Assembly: GCA_964474445.1 (NCBI GenBank)
Contig: CAYYSJ010000005.1
Location: forward strand, 17,835 to 81,834
From: an uncultured Gammaproteobacteria bacterium
Lineage (GTDB): Bacteria; Patescibacteriota; Microgenomatia; Levybacterales; UBA12049
Direction: 5' to 3'
Length of the DNA stretch: 64,000 nucleotides
Below the pieces are notes generated by a model, which worked only from the letters and a program-made list of their open reading frames with translations, ran no database searches and was not told where the DNA came from. The position numbers and the translations under genes are program-made. Of the stretch, positions 52,242-62,558 are shown piece by piece; the first letter of the stretch is position 1, and every line of letters begins with the position of its first letter.

Positions 52242-54341
52242 TTATATAGTGGGTAACAAAAAACAAAAGGAGGTCTGTTTTTTCTGTTGATCACTTCTTC
52301 CCCAAATTTTTCCATTGTGTGCTTTGATAATTTCTGCTGCAATGTAGAGTCCTAATCCCATTCCAGGAACACGGAGTTTTTTAGGATTTGTACGAACAAA
52401 AGGTTTAAAGATGCTATCTAAATCTTTTTTATTGATACCAATTCCATAATCTTTGACACACACTTTTATATTATTTGTCTCTCTTGAAAGCATAATATCA
52501 ATTGAGGTTGCATCGGGAGAATATTTCACTGCGTTATTAACGAGATTGATAAGTACTCGGCGGATCTTCTCTTTATCTCCTAATACTTTTCCTTCAACTG
52601 TCCCTTTTATATGCACAGTATGAGTAAGTATTGTCGGTTTCATTTCACTAATAGTTTCTTTGACTAGCTTCCCAAGAGCAATCTGTCTTTTACGAATTTT
52701 TTCTTCGCTATATTTTATTTTTGTGATATCAAGCATGTCCTTTACTAAAGATGATAATCTGTTTGTTTGTTCGATAGACTGTGTTACGATGCGAGGCATA
52801 TTCTCATATTGATTATTTTTCAAAGAACGTTGTAATGCTGATAGGTACAAGGTCAGACTTGTTAATGGCGTTTTTAATTCATGACTGGCAATGCCAATAA
52901 ACTCCTCTTTTATCAACTCTTTTTGTTTTAGATCAGAAATATCTTGCACAATGTCTACAATATTTTGTAGTGTTTTTTTATACACAATCGGGAAGGACTT
53001 AATTCTTAACCATTGTGTTGTTTCATCATCCCAAGTTAAACACAAATCCTTTTCGTATACATGAGGATCCTGGAACATTTTTTCGTAGTGTAATTGCGTT
53101 GTGTCCATCTGCCTTCCCTCTTCGTCAGTGACAAAAAGTAGGTTTCTTTTCCCTGACAAGGAAGTTTCTTGTTTTCCGTCAGAAAACAGATATACTCTTT
53201 TTGCTTCATTGTTCATAAAAAGAATCTTTCCCCTTGCGTCCCGAATAATAATCCCCTCCCCGACCTTAAGAAGAATTCTTTCTAAATCTTGTTTGGATTG
53301 ATACAATTTTTCTCTGGAAATAACTCTATCCAGTGCTTGTGCACATTGTCCAGCAAGCATAAGAATCACTTGTTTATCAAAATCTGTAAAGTTTTGGGGT
53401 GTCCGAAAGTAAAAATTAATACTCCCAAATACTTTTTCTTTTACTTTTAACGGGAGAAACGAGAGAGATGATAAACCTGTAGCATGGATAATTTCGTTCA
53501 GTGTCTTAAATTTTTTATCTATCGAATGTACATTGGTAATAAATAGTGGTTGTTTTTTTTGAATAACTACGTTGGTAAGATAGGTATCTTTAGCACGGTA
53601 CGTTGTTGGCCACGTATCAACAAGTTTTTTAGGATAACCAATCTGGGTAATAACGTCATAGGTATTTGTTTTTTCGTCAAAGATAACAACCTCTCCAACT
53701 TGAGCGTCTATCATATTAAACCCTTCTTTCACCATAATTTCGCCAACCTTTTCTTTCGTAGATGCATAAGACAAAAGTGAGGTAATCTTTTGCAATCCCA
53801 CAATCTTTTTCACAATATTTTCATATTTGGGTATTTCCGAAAACTCGACGGATTGTTTTTCTATGACATTGAGCATTTGATCAGCAAAAGCCAATGCTAT
53901 CTCTTTTGTAAACAAAGAAAACCGTTTCACAGGGAGAAAGAAAAAACATATGTATTCAGCAGTATTTTTACGAATTCTCATAACAATACATGTTTCGGGG
54001 GTGTTTTGAAGATAGGTGTGTAACTGAGGTATGGCTTTCCAGAATGAAAGATCTTCTACAAAAAGAACCTCTTGAGAGGAGAAAAGTTGTTCAAAAAGCA
54101 CATACTCAGCGTTAAGCGCGTGAGTAACGTATTCCATTGTTTGCTTATTCTTCCCAATGTGCGTTAGAAGTTTAAGCGGTGAACCAATCTCTTTCTTCCA
54201 TATAGCCGCTGCTTGTGCTCCGAGGAGAGAACTTCCTAATGTTACGACGATTTCTGAAAGTTGATTCAAAGAAGTAGCATGAGCTAATGCAATAGAAACC
54301 TGTGAAAATTTTGCCAATTGTTCTTGAGCACGTCCGTTCAT
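52242..54341 (-). CDS. Cytoplasmic GAF-GAF-PAS sensor histidine kinase
   Basis: ASHELKTP, NLVNNAVKYS, DYGIG, GMGLGL; no TM segment. Confidence 0.9.
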   Translation of the reverse strand: MNGRAQEQLAKFSQVSIALAHATSLNQLSEIVVTLGSSLLGAQAAAIWKKEIGSPLKLLTHIGKNKQTMEYVTHALNAEYVLFEQLFSSQEVLFVEDLSFWKAIPQLHTYLQNTPETCIVMRIRKNTAEYICFFFLPVKRFSLFTKEIALAFADQMLNVIEKQSVEFSEIPKYENIVKKIVGLQKITSLLSYASTKEKVGEIMVKEGFNMIDAQVGEVVIFDEKTNTYDVITQIGYPKKLVDTWPTTYRAKDTYLTNVVIQKKQPLFITNVHSIDKKFKTLNEIIHATGLSSLSFLPLKVKEKVFGSINFYFRTPQNFTDFDKQVILMLAGQCAQALDRVISREKLYQSKQDLERILLKVGEGIIIRDARGKILFMNNEAKRVYLFSDGKQETSLSGKRNLLFVTDEEGRQMDTTQLHYEKMFQDPHVYEKDLCLTWDDETTQWLRIKSFPIVYKKTLQNIVDIVQDISDLKQKELIKEEFIGIASHELKTPLTSLTLYLSALQRSLKNNQYENMPRIVTQSIEQTNRLSSLVKDMLDITKIKYSEEKIRKRQIALGKLVKETISEMKPTILTHTVHIKGTVEGKVLGDKEKIRRVLINLVNNAVKYSPDATSIDIMLSRETNNIKVCVKDYGIGINKKDLDSIFKPFVRTNPKKLRVPGMGLGLYIAAEIIKAHNGKIWGRSDQQKKQTSFCFLLPTI

Positions 54342-54410
54342 AACAAGATAACCTACTTTGATTTTTCTTTACTGTGTCTCTATACTAAAATTATATCAGT
54401 AATCTTGCTA

Positions 54411-55142
54411 ATGAAATCAATAAGAAATCCTTATAGCAAAAGCTTCTCTAACTTTTACGACATCTATGCGAACGAAGATTTCTCGAAAGTCACTCAACTT
54501 GTCAATTCACTGTTAGATACACACAATCCAGATGGGAAAACGCTACTTGAGTTAGGATGTGGAACAGGAAAGATTCTGGAAAGCATTTCGAAACGATATA
54601 CCTTTGAAGGTCTTGATATTTCTCAACATATGCTTGCAATTGCAAAAAAGAAATTCCCAAAAGCACGGTTTTATCTCAAAGACATGACAAATTTTTCCAT
54701 TCATAAAAAATTTGATGCTATTATTTGCTTTTCAGATGCTATTAATCATCTGCATACATTTTCGGAATGGAGGAAAACGTTTCAAAGAGTTTCTACCCAT
54801 CTGAGGAAAGGAGGCATCTTTATTTTTGATATGAATACCCAGGTACGATTGGAAAGGCTCTCTCATATGACGCGTTATGTGAGTCCGCTTTTACAGAATC
54901 AGTTTTTTACTGTGAAAGTGTCTCACGTAAAAGATACGATGTATAGCTTTTCTATTCAACTATTCACAATGGAAAAAAACGCTATTTCGCTTCATGAAGA
55001 CGTTATTATGGAAAGCTCTTTTCCCATACAAAAAGTAAAGAAATCTTTGGAAGGACACTTTACCATTAAGGACATGTTAGATGTAGTGCGACCGAAAGTA
55101 AGCAAAAAAACAGGAAAGGTAGTCTTTATTTGCAAAAAATAA
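54411..55142 (+). CDS. Class I SAM-dependent methyltransferase
   Basis: LLELGCGTG, GLDIS..ML, FDAI, L..GG.FIFD. Confidence 0.9.
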   Translation: MKSIRNPYSKSFSNFYDIYANEDFSKVTQLVNSLLDTHNPDGKTLLELGCGTGKILESISKRYTFEGLDISQHMLAIAKKKFPKARFYLKDMTNFSIHKKFDAIICFSDAINHLHTFSEWRKTFQRVSTHLRKGGIFIFDMNTQVRLERLSHMTRYVSPLLQNQFFTVKVSHVKDTMYSFSIQLFTMEKNAISLHEDVIMESSFPIQKVKKSLEGHFTIKDMLDVVRPKVSKKTGKVVFICKK

Positions 55143-55480
55143 TATTGCCTAAGTTCTACTCTTCCCTGCTGTTTATTTATTTTTATAGGGCGCCGAGTGG
55201 GCCCCCGCCTAATCTGATCATATACTTTTATATAAACCCTTTTCCATCTGGAATGCAATAAGCCGAGTTTAGGATGTTATAAGGTGATTTGTGCGTATCT
55301 ATTACCATGGTGCTTCATTTTAGAGAAATGTAAAGGTAGTTTTCGTAACATGTCGTCACTTGGCAGATTCAATTTTTTTTGTATTTTCCTCTAGAAGCTT
55401 GTTTATGGGACACTTTATATCTTGAATCTAGAATTTTAATTAGTAAATGGATCAGAATGAAGATAAATAAATGGAGAATC

Positions 55481-55524
55481 TTGCTCTCTGATGTTCAGAT
55501 GCTTCGAACGTATTTTATAGAAAC
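55481..55524 (+). repeat. 44-bp direct repeat, copy 1
   Basis: TTGCTCTCTGATGTTCAGATGCTTCGAACGTATTTTATAGAAAC. Confidence 0.85.
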
Positions 55525-55560
55525 TAATAGAGAATCTTACACAATTGTATTTAAGCTTCC

Positions 55561-56244
55561 TTAAAGTCTATCACGAAGTACTCTTAAATTATCTAGAAAA
55601 CGATCTCGCAGAAGCCGATTTTTTTTCATTAAATCTTCTCGTTGTTCAACATTTATTTTTGCCTCATGCAAATCCAGTATCATCAATTGCCATGAACCGT
55701 TAGGATGGACAAGAAGTTCAAAAGCATCATCACCGTCTGGAAGCTGAATGCCATTTGTTGTTGCAATGTCTACACACCTGTTTACTTGGTCTTCAATTAA
55801 GCGTATTTGACGTGATCCAACAATTTTTTTGAACAAAGGATCTATGTTAGTTCTTCTTCTGGGAGATGGGTCATCTTCCCTAAAGCCTAACACTATACTT
55901 AGAGCCAAACCCTTACCATAAGTTTCACTTCCATCGGCCTTAACATCGGTAACAAAAACTGTACCTTCATCTGTTTCTCGAACTGTATCTACTACTGGTA
56001 ACCCAACTCTCTTAAGCTCTACCCAATTTGCGAAATATAAACCCTTTCTTCGTCGCTTATCTATATCTGTACCAAATGATCTTTCGATTAGATGTACCTC
56101 TCTTCCTTTAGGGAACCTAACATTTGCCTTTACTCTAAATTTTGGCTCTACTCCTCCACCCGTAAACTTAATTGCTTCTGTAATGTAAAGGGTGTGTATA
56201 CGTTGACCTGAACCAGGAATTGCATCAACTACTCTCTCTGTCAT
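55561..56244 (-). CDS. Hypothetical protein (cassette gene, possibly kinase-like fold)
   Basis: 227-aa ORF between repeats 1 and 2; GLPVV, ILDL. Confidence 0.65.
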   Translation of the reverse strand: MTERVVDAIPGSGQRIHTLYITEAIKFTGGGVEPKFRVKANVRFPKGREVHLIERSFGTDIDKRRRKGLYFANWVELKRVGLPVVDTVRETDEGTVFVTDVKADGSETYGKGLALSIVLGFREDDPSPRRRTNIDPLFKKIVGSRQIRLIEDQVNRCVDIATTNGIQLPDGDDAFELLVHPNGSWQLMILDLHEAKINVEQREDLMKKNRLLRDRFLDNLRVLRDRL

Positions 56245-56291
56245 GAGGTAATTTTATATTAAGAAGCGTTAAAAGTCAAACTATAGGTTTA

Positions 56292-56335
56292 TTGCTCCCT
56301 GATGTTCAGATACTTCGAACGTATTTTATTGAAAC
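56292..56335 (+). repeat. 44-bp direct repeat, copy 2
   Basis: TTGCTCCCTGATGTTCAGATACTTCGAACGTATTTTATTGAAAC (41/44 to copy 1). Confidence 0.85.
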
Positions 56336-56367
56336 AGAGGAAAATTTTATATCTACCCTTACCTAAA

Positions 56368-56979
56368 TTACTTAATAGCAATTTTGTCTAAATCAATTTC
56401 TCCAGTACTAATTTTTTGCAATATTTCAGAAAAAAACTTATGTTCCTCTGCAAGAACTCTCTCTGCTAATGATTTCGGAGTATCATTTTCTAAAACGGGT
56501 ACTTCACTCTGGGCAACTATTTCGCCTTCATCATAATTTTCATTTACAAGATGAATTGTTACTCCTGAAACTTTTTCTTTTGCTTCAATAACTGCGTCAT
56601 GAACAAATTGTCCATACATTCCCTTGCCACCAAATTTTGGGAGTAACGCTGGATGTATATTAAGAATACGATTTTTATAATAGGTCAGTGTTTTATGCCC
56701 AAGCATTCGCATGTATCCTGCAAGAACTATTATATTCACATGATATTTTTGTAGGGTTTGCAGTATCACTTCATCTAAGTCTTCTGGATTTGTTTTACCA
56801 CTCAAGTGAAAAGCTGGTACTCCTTCTTTTCGTGCTCTTTCTAAAGCCAAAGAATCATTATTGTTACTGATTACAACGCATGGAGTCCCATCAAGCTTTC
56901 CCTCTTTACAGGCCTCAATAATTGCTTGCATATTTGACCCACCATGAGAGGCAAGAAACCCTACATTAAGATGAGACAT
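56368..56979 (-). CDS. purN: Phosphoribosylglycinamide formyltransferase
   Basis: ASHGGSNMQAI, LAGYMR, NIHPALLP.FGG.G, G.TIH.V..YDEG. Confidence 0.93.
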   Translation of the reverse strand: MSHLNVGFLASHGGSNMQAIIEACKEGKLDGTPCVVISNNNDSLALERARKEGVPAFHLSGKTNPEDLDEVILQTLQKYHVNIIVLAGYMRMLGHKTLTYYKNRILNIHPALLPKFGGKGMYGQFVHDAVIEAKEKVSGVTIHLVNENYDEGEIVAQSEVPVLENDTPKSLAERVLAEEHKFFSEILQKISTGEIDLDKIAIK

Positions 56980-57040
56980 AAACAGCTAGATTATAACAGA
57001 AGTTCGAAGATTCAACCTGATCTGAGGCTAATAAAGACCG

Positions 57041-57084
57041 TTGTTCCCTGACGTTCACACACTTCGAACGTATTTTCTAGAAAT
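57041..57084 (+). repeat. 44-bp direct repeat, copy 3
   Basis: TTGTTCCCTGACGTTCACACACTTCGAACGTATTTTCTAGAAAT (37/44 to copy 2). Confidence 0.8.
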
Positions 57085-57247
57085 TGAGGAGAAGTTTGAA
57101 CCTGTTACTACTATGAAGCGTATCCCTCTTGTAGTTGTCTTGTTGTTACTATCTGGACTGCTTCCTCCTTAAGGTGCTGCTTTTTCTGCTACTTTGATAT
57201 ATTTTTTAAAATAGGGACCATGCAAGCTATTCCTCGTAGATATGCTA

Positions 57248-57811
57248 TTAACCTTGTTTATGGAGAAGAGGATAAAATTTATCGAACAGTCTTCGTAAAG
57301 GATTTACTGCTCTATACGTTTGTCTAAACGCGGTTGCATCAATAATATATGGTTCCCCCCTTAATTCTCTTGTTTTAGGATTATAAGTATCTGCTAACAT
57401 GGCATCTGCTCCACCATTTTGCATGTATCCCCAGGAAGCCATCATTGTAATTTTTCTCTTATATGGGTTTCTTCTGGATCTGATCTGTCCTTTATCAACA
57501 TATGTTCTTGTTTCGCCTGGTTGAGGCTTCCTTTGCCCTCGTTTTAGAGAATATGTCACAGTCATTTCTGTAGGATCAATAATGTATTGTTCTCCTCCTG
57601 GGTTAGTTACAATACCATCCCCTCGCTTTGCAATATCTGTTGTTTCAAGCCTTCCATCAGTAAATCGTGTAGTGATTTGTTCTTGACCTCTTGCAATTGT
57701 AATTTGTACTTTTCCCACTTTTCGATATCTTGGAGCTCTGCGAAGACTTCGCATGATTTTAGGATTATGCCTATCTACTTCTAAAACTTGTTCTGCTTCT
57801 CTGTTGGTCAT
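57248..57811 (-). CDS. Hypothetical protein (PGDYG-like internal duplication)
   Basis: GD.IV.NP.GEQYIID..Y and GEPYIID..F..TY duplicated motif. Confidence 0.6.
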   Translation of the reverse strand: MTNREAEQVLEVDRHNPKIMRSLRRAPRYRKVGKVQITIARGQEQITTRFTDGRLETTDIAKRGDGIVTNPGGEQYIIDPTEMTVTYSLKRGQRKPQPGETRTYVDKGQIRSRRNPYKRKITMMASWGYMQNGGADAMLADTYNPKTRELRGEPYIIDATAFRQTYRAVNPLRRLFDKFYPLLHKQG

Positions 57812-58042
57812 ATAATTAATACTATAATACCGCAAATTTGCTAGTTTGTCAAAGATATGGGGCAACATGCATTAGATGAAACAAGATGTTAATGCATGCG
57901 TAAACGATAACGCCCATTTTCTATGGGTTTATACAAGCGTTCGGATGGTTAAAGAAGTTAGTATGGCTCCTATTAAGGAATAGAAGCAGATGAACAGGCT
58001 GGTACCTTGATTAGATTTGTCCTGTAGTGTATAATTTCAGAT

Positions 58043-59563
58043 GTGAATAAAGAAGCATTTGCAAGGTGGATTTCTTTTGAAGGCAGACCTTCTATGACTG
58101 CTGATCAGGTTGCGAAAATCCCTACTCCAAGACATGTTATTCGAACACGAACGCTTGCTCGTGAAGTGAGCAAAGCAAATAGTGTTCCCTATACAGAAGC
58201 ACTACATGAAATTATGGTACGCCAGAAAGGAAGAGCTGACGGCTTTTTCCCTCGAATACGTATTCTTGAACCCTTTGGTGAGCGAGTTGCGTATGTAGGA
58301 GATATTCATGGAGGAAATGATGCATTTTATAAGCGTCTAGAGAGAATGGCAGACAATCCTCCAGATTTACTTATTCTCAGTGGAGATATTGCAGGCTCAC
58401 TTGACTATGAAGAGTTACAACGGCGTTTTTATAACACCTTGGTAAATCATACCAAGCCTTTTCTCAAGGAAAATCCCTCTGATGAAGAGTTATTAAGCTA
58501 CCGAGATGTTGTGGGAGAGGATCCCCTCACCCATCAAAAAGTGCATACAGATACGATGAAAGAAGGATTCTTAGGTCTTCGAAAAAAAGAACTTTCAGTT
58601 GCAGGGAAGAGTCCAGAAGAGATTGAAAGCATGATGCAAAGTCTTGACGATGCAACAATTGCCTCAGAAATAAGAAGGTATAGCAAGTACGTTCATTTTG
58701 GCCATTATGTATCCAATTTGCCAGAGGAAGTTGTTAAAAACTTAGTTGCGCAGTTAGATGAGGGGGTACAAACTTTTGTAAATGCAGTAAGACCACTTCA
58801 TGAGAAAGGGACACAAATAATTATCAATCGGGGGAATTGGGACAGTGCTACACCAACTGATTTTGAGAGAGGAACAGAAAAGCCGGTAAGACTTCCTGAA
58901 AATGAGAGACCTTTTAGAGTGTGGGATGCCATCCATGCAAAAGATGCAGCACTTACCATGATAGATGGCCCTGTTTCTGTTGAAAGATCAAAACGATCTC
59001 GGTCTCTGCATGTTGTTGTTCCTTTTGATTCCTTGGTTGGTCTTGTGGGAAAGGATGGACAAGTAAGAGAGGATGATTTGCAAAATAAATTTGGGGAATT
59101 GAAACAAAAAGTTGATCGTGCGCGAAAAAAAGGAAAAGCAGTGATTCTTGTTACTCACGGGCAGCCAGATTGGGAGATGCATTACCTCAATTACCGCAGT
59201 CAACCAGAAGAAAAACGTCCACAACCAAATGCTGAAAATAAAGCAGTTATTGCTGGAACGAAACGATTAGTTGCATACGTCGGTCCTGACGAACTTGTTT
59301 ATGGACATATGCATGAGCAAAAGGATGAGAATGGAGACGACATTGCTCCTCATGTACGATATGTATTACAAGTTACAAAAGATGGAAGATCTGTAGATGT
59401 TGTGCAAAGTCCTGAGGAATTTAGTAAGGGGGATGTTGTTGCTTCTTTAACTCCTCTTCAGGAGATAGCAAGAAGCTATATCCCAGCAAAAAGAAGATTA
59501 CGAGGCATATCGTTGAACGGAAAAAACAAAGGAAGAAAAGCTGCAATTATAGAAAGAGAGTAG
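58043..59563 (+). CDS. Calcineurin-like metallophosphoesterase
   Basis: GDIHG, SGD, GNWD, THG, GHMH. Confidence 0.8.
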   Translation: MNKEAFARWISFEGRPSMTADQVAKIPTPRHVIRTRTLAREVSKANSVPYTEALHEIMVRQKGRADGFFPRIRILEPFGERVAYVGDIHGGNDAFYKRLERMADNPPDLLILSGDIAGSLDYEELQRRFYNTLVNHTKPFLKENPSDEELLSYRDVVGEDPLTHQKVHTDTMKEGFLGLRKKELSVAGKSPEEIESMMQSLDDATIASEIRRYSKYVHFGHYVSNLPEEVVKNLVAQLDEGVQTFVNAVRPLHEKGTQIIINRGNWDSATPTDFERGTEKPVRLPENERPFRVWDAIHAKDAALTMIDGPVSVERSKRSRSLHVVVPFDSLVGLVGKDGQVREDDLQNKFGELKQKVDRARKKGKAVILVTHGQPDWEMHYLNYRSQPEEKRPQPNAENKAVIAGTKRLVAYVGPDELVYGHMHEQKDENGDDIAPHVRYVLQVTKDGRSVDVVQSPEEFSKGDVVASLTPLQEIARSYIPAKRRLRGISLNGKNKGRKAAIIERE

Positions 59564-59649
59564 CATCCTTTTTGCATGGTACCTTTTCTGGTGGGTTATC
59601 ATCCGATGATTTGCCATTTCACCGTAAATTTGGTTTAATTTAATAGTAT

Positions 59650-61944
59650 TTGTCTATGCAGGACTTTAAAAGTCGACGGCGAAGTAAAGGTATTTTTCAT
59701 ATTCTGCTCCACTTGATTCCGGGAATTGGTGGGAAATCTGATATTGAGCTACTCAGTACTCTTACAAAATATGCGTTTTTTGCACTCATTGGCCTTGTTG
59801 TTGTTGTTGTCTTTCTCTTTATTTGGTATGGCAAAGACTTGCCAACTCCAGGAAAATTAATTACCAGTAGTCTTACTGAATCAACAAGAATCTATGACCG
59901 AAAAGGCATCTTACTTTACTCAGTGTACAAGGATCAAAATAGAGCGTATGTGCAATTGCAAGATATCCCCAAAAACCTACAACATGCAACCATTGCCATT
60001 GAAGACAGGAATTTTTACCAAAATTCCGGATTCTCTATCAGAGGATATTTACGAGCGTTTGTTGGGATTATTACCCTTCGTGGGATTTCTGGAGGATCTA
60101 CACTTACCCAACAGTTAGTAAAAAATGTGTTGTTGCAAGATACCAGGCAAACAGTTACTCGTAAAATAAAAGAGCTCATTTTAGCAATTCAGGTCGATAA
60201 GAGGTATTCCAAAGATCAAATTTTAGAAATGTATTTAAATGATGTGCCATATGGTGGTGCAAATATTGGTGTTGAAGCTGCTGCTGAGGCATATTTTGGA
60301 AAGCATGCGAAAGATTTGGATGTTGCTGAATGTGCATTTCTTGCAGGTCTTCCTCAAGGACCAAGTCTCTACTCCCCTTTCAATGGTCATAAATATTATT
60401 TAGGAAGAAGTAAGAATGTGTTGCAGGCAATGACGGACGAAAATTATATTACCCAAAAACAAGCAGATGCTGCGTATAAAGAAATTCAAGGCATGACGTT
60501 CTCAGATACGGATAGGTCCATCAAAGCGCCACATTTTGTTATGTATATCAAGCAATTGGCAGCAAAACAATTTGGTGATGCAACAGTACAAAATGGAGGA
60601 CTGCAAATCTATACGACCCTTGATTATGACATTGAAAAACAGGCAGAACAGATTGTGAAAGATGAGGTTAGCAAATTAAAGGGATATCATGTGGCAAATG
60701 GTGCAGCAATGGTGATGGATCCAAAGACTGGACAAATTCTGGCAATGGTTGGAAATACCGATTATTTCGATACGACGGCGGATGGTAACTTTAATGATGC
60801 AGTTGATGCAAAAAGACAACCAGGATCATCCCTAAAACCTGTTATTTATGCAACAGGTCTCATGAAAGGATACACTGCAGCGACTACCTTTATGGATGTG
60901 AAGACTGATTTTCCAAGTGGAGATCCAACACATCCTACCTATACCCCGGTGAACTATGATGGCAAGTTTCATGGACCAATCCAAATGCGGTTTGCTCTGG
61001 GGAATTCTATGAATATTCCTGCTGTGAAGATGCTTGCGATGGTTGGTATTAAAGACGCAATGCAAACAGGTTATCAGATGGGAATCCAAAGTTGGGAGCC
61101 AACACAAGAAACAATTGCAAGTGTTGGACTATCACTTGTTTTAGGAGGACGAGAAACAACATTGTTAAATGAAATGACAGCATATAGTACCTTTGCAACA
61201 GGCGGTATTCGTCATGATCCAGTCTCAATCATGAAAATAACAGACAGTCATGGAAACACCCTCTTTACCAACACAGATAAACCAGGAGTAAAAGTATTGT
61301 CACCTGATGTCTCCTTCATTATTTCTCATATGCTTTTGGATAACAACGCAAGAACTTTGGAATTTGGACCAAGTAGTTATTTAGTGATTCCTGGAAAGAC
61401 TGTGAGTGTAAAGACGGGAACCACCGATGATAAACGGGATAACTGGACCATGGGCTATACCCCCTCCTCTGTTGTTGGAGTATGGGTTGGAAATAATGAT
61501 AATACGCCAATGAATCAGGCCATTGCCTCAGGGGTGACCGGTGCTTCTCCAATCTGGAATAGGATTATGACTGCAGTTCTTAAAGGCAAAGCAGATGAAC
61601 AACCCCAAAAGCCAGATAATGTGAATGCTGTTTCGATTGATGCTCTCTTTGGAGGGTTGCCCGTGGATGGACAGCCAACACGAGTTGAGTACTTTATTAA
61701 AGGGACAGAGCCAACAAGCAAATCCTCTGTGTATCAACAAAAAGATGGGAAAACGTATTATATAGTGAGAGAGAGTGATCCTGTCTCAACAGATGGACAG
61801 AATCGCTGGCAACAAGGGATAGATGCGTGGATTCATGAAAACCATTCAGCAGCAGATTACCAATGGTACCCACCAGATGATTTACTCAAGTCTTTGGGGA
61901 TTACCCCAGCACCGAGTATTACACCTACCCCCACTCCACACTAG
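59650..61944 (+). CDS. Class A penicillin-binding protein (PBP1A-like)
   Basis: TM, AIED..FY, GGSTLTQQLVKN, RKIKE, SSLK (SxxK), SMN, KTGT. Confidence 0.95.
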   Translation: MSMQDFKSRRRSKGIFHILLHLIPGIGGKSDIELLSTLTKYAFFALIGLVVVVVFLFIWYGKDLPTPGKLITSSLTESTRIYDRKGILLYSVYKDQNRAYVQLQDIPKNLQHATIAIEDRNFYQNSGFSIRGYLRAFVGIITLRGISGGSTLTQQLVKNVLLQDTRQTVTRKIKELILAIQVDKRYSKDQILEMYLNDVPYGGANIGVEAAAEAYFGKHAKDLDVAECAFLAGLPQGPSLYSPFNGHKYYLGRSKNVLQAMTDENYITQKQADAAYKEIQGMTFSDTDRSIKAPHFVMYIKQLAAKQFGDATVQNGGLQIYTTLDYDIEKQAEQIVKDEVSKLKGYHVANGAAMVMDPKTGQILAMVGNTDYFDTTADGNFNDAVDAKRQPGSSLKPVIYATGLMKGYTAATTFMDVKTDFPSGDPTHPTYTPVNYDGKFHGPIQMRFALGNSMNIPAVKMLAMVGIKDAMQTGYQMGIQSWEPTQETIASVGLSLVLGGRETTLLNEMTAYSTFATGGIRHDPVSIMKITDSHGNTLFTNTDKPGVKVLSPDVSFIISHMLLDNNARTLEFGPSSYLVIPGKTVSVKTGTTDDKRDNWTMGYTPSSVVGVWVGNNDNTPMNQAIASGVTGASPIWNRIMTAVLKGKADEQPQKPDNVNAVSIDALFGGLPVDGQPTRVEYFIKGTEPTSKSSVYQQKDGKTYYIVRESDPVSTDGQNRWQQGIDAWIHENHSAADYQWYPPDDLLKSLGITPAPSITPTPTPH

Positions 61945-62009
61945 GATGGATGATGCTTTTCCACTCGATAAGTTCTATTTGGGTTCTTCAAAAAGCTCAG
62001 GATGATAAT

Positions 62010-62558
62010 TTAGCCAATTAATTTAAGGAGGAGAGGAAATTCTTTGTAAGGTTGATTAAAATAATCAGAACCCATATGTGCTTCTCCTTTTGGAATAATT
62101 AATGTGCCTTTTTCTAATTGATCAAGCATATATCTTCCTTCAACGTCATTGCATCCCCAAGGATCATTGTCAGAATTAATAAAAATAATATCATCTACAT
62201 TATCTGAAATTTTTTTCCAGTCATATGTGTTTTGGAGAATTTTTTCTGGATCTTTTTCCTCACCTTTTGGTCTTGCATAACCGGCAACAAGAATTGCCTG
62301 TTTAATCTTTACGTCAATATTCTCTAAAACACTTAGTTGTAAGGGGCCTCCAGCAGAATGTCCTAAGAGAATTGTTTCCTCGTTGTAATTTTCTTTTAGT
62401 GCAACAGGAAGCCAATTAGCCAAATCAGGATAATCTGGATTTGGAAGAAGAGGAATAGAAACAGAATATCCTTTTTCTTCTAATTCTTTCTTTAACCAAG
62501 GAAACCAAAAAGATTGATCTGTTTCACCTGTTCCGTGGAGAATGATGATGTTTTTCAT
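62010..62558 (-). CDS. Alpha/beta hydrolase (RBBP9/YdeN family)
   Basis: ILHG..WFPWL, GHSAG, SDNDP, AH. Confidence 0.88.
   Translation of the reverse strand: MKNIIILHGTGETDQSFWFPWLKKELEEKGYSVSIPLLPNPDYPDLANWLPVALKENYNEETILLGHSAGGPLQLSVLENIDVKIKQAILVAGYARPKGEEKDPEKILQNTYDWKKISDNVDDIIFINSDNDPWGCNDVEGRYMLDQLEKGTLIIPKGEAHMGSDYFNQPYKEFPLLLKLIG

Noticed and set aside
55186-55212. GC-rich mini-hairpin TAGGGCG..CGCCTA
   Set aside because: Weak stem with no recognisable element; at most a terminator or gene remnant.
55481-57084. CRISPR array or tRNA genes
   Set aside because: Spacers are 700-770 bp and contain whole genes, no cas genes are present, and only a T-loop-like GTTCGAA exists without a cloverleaf.
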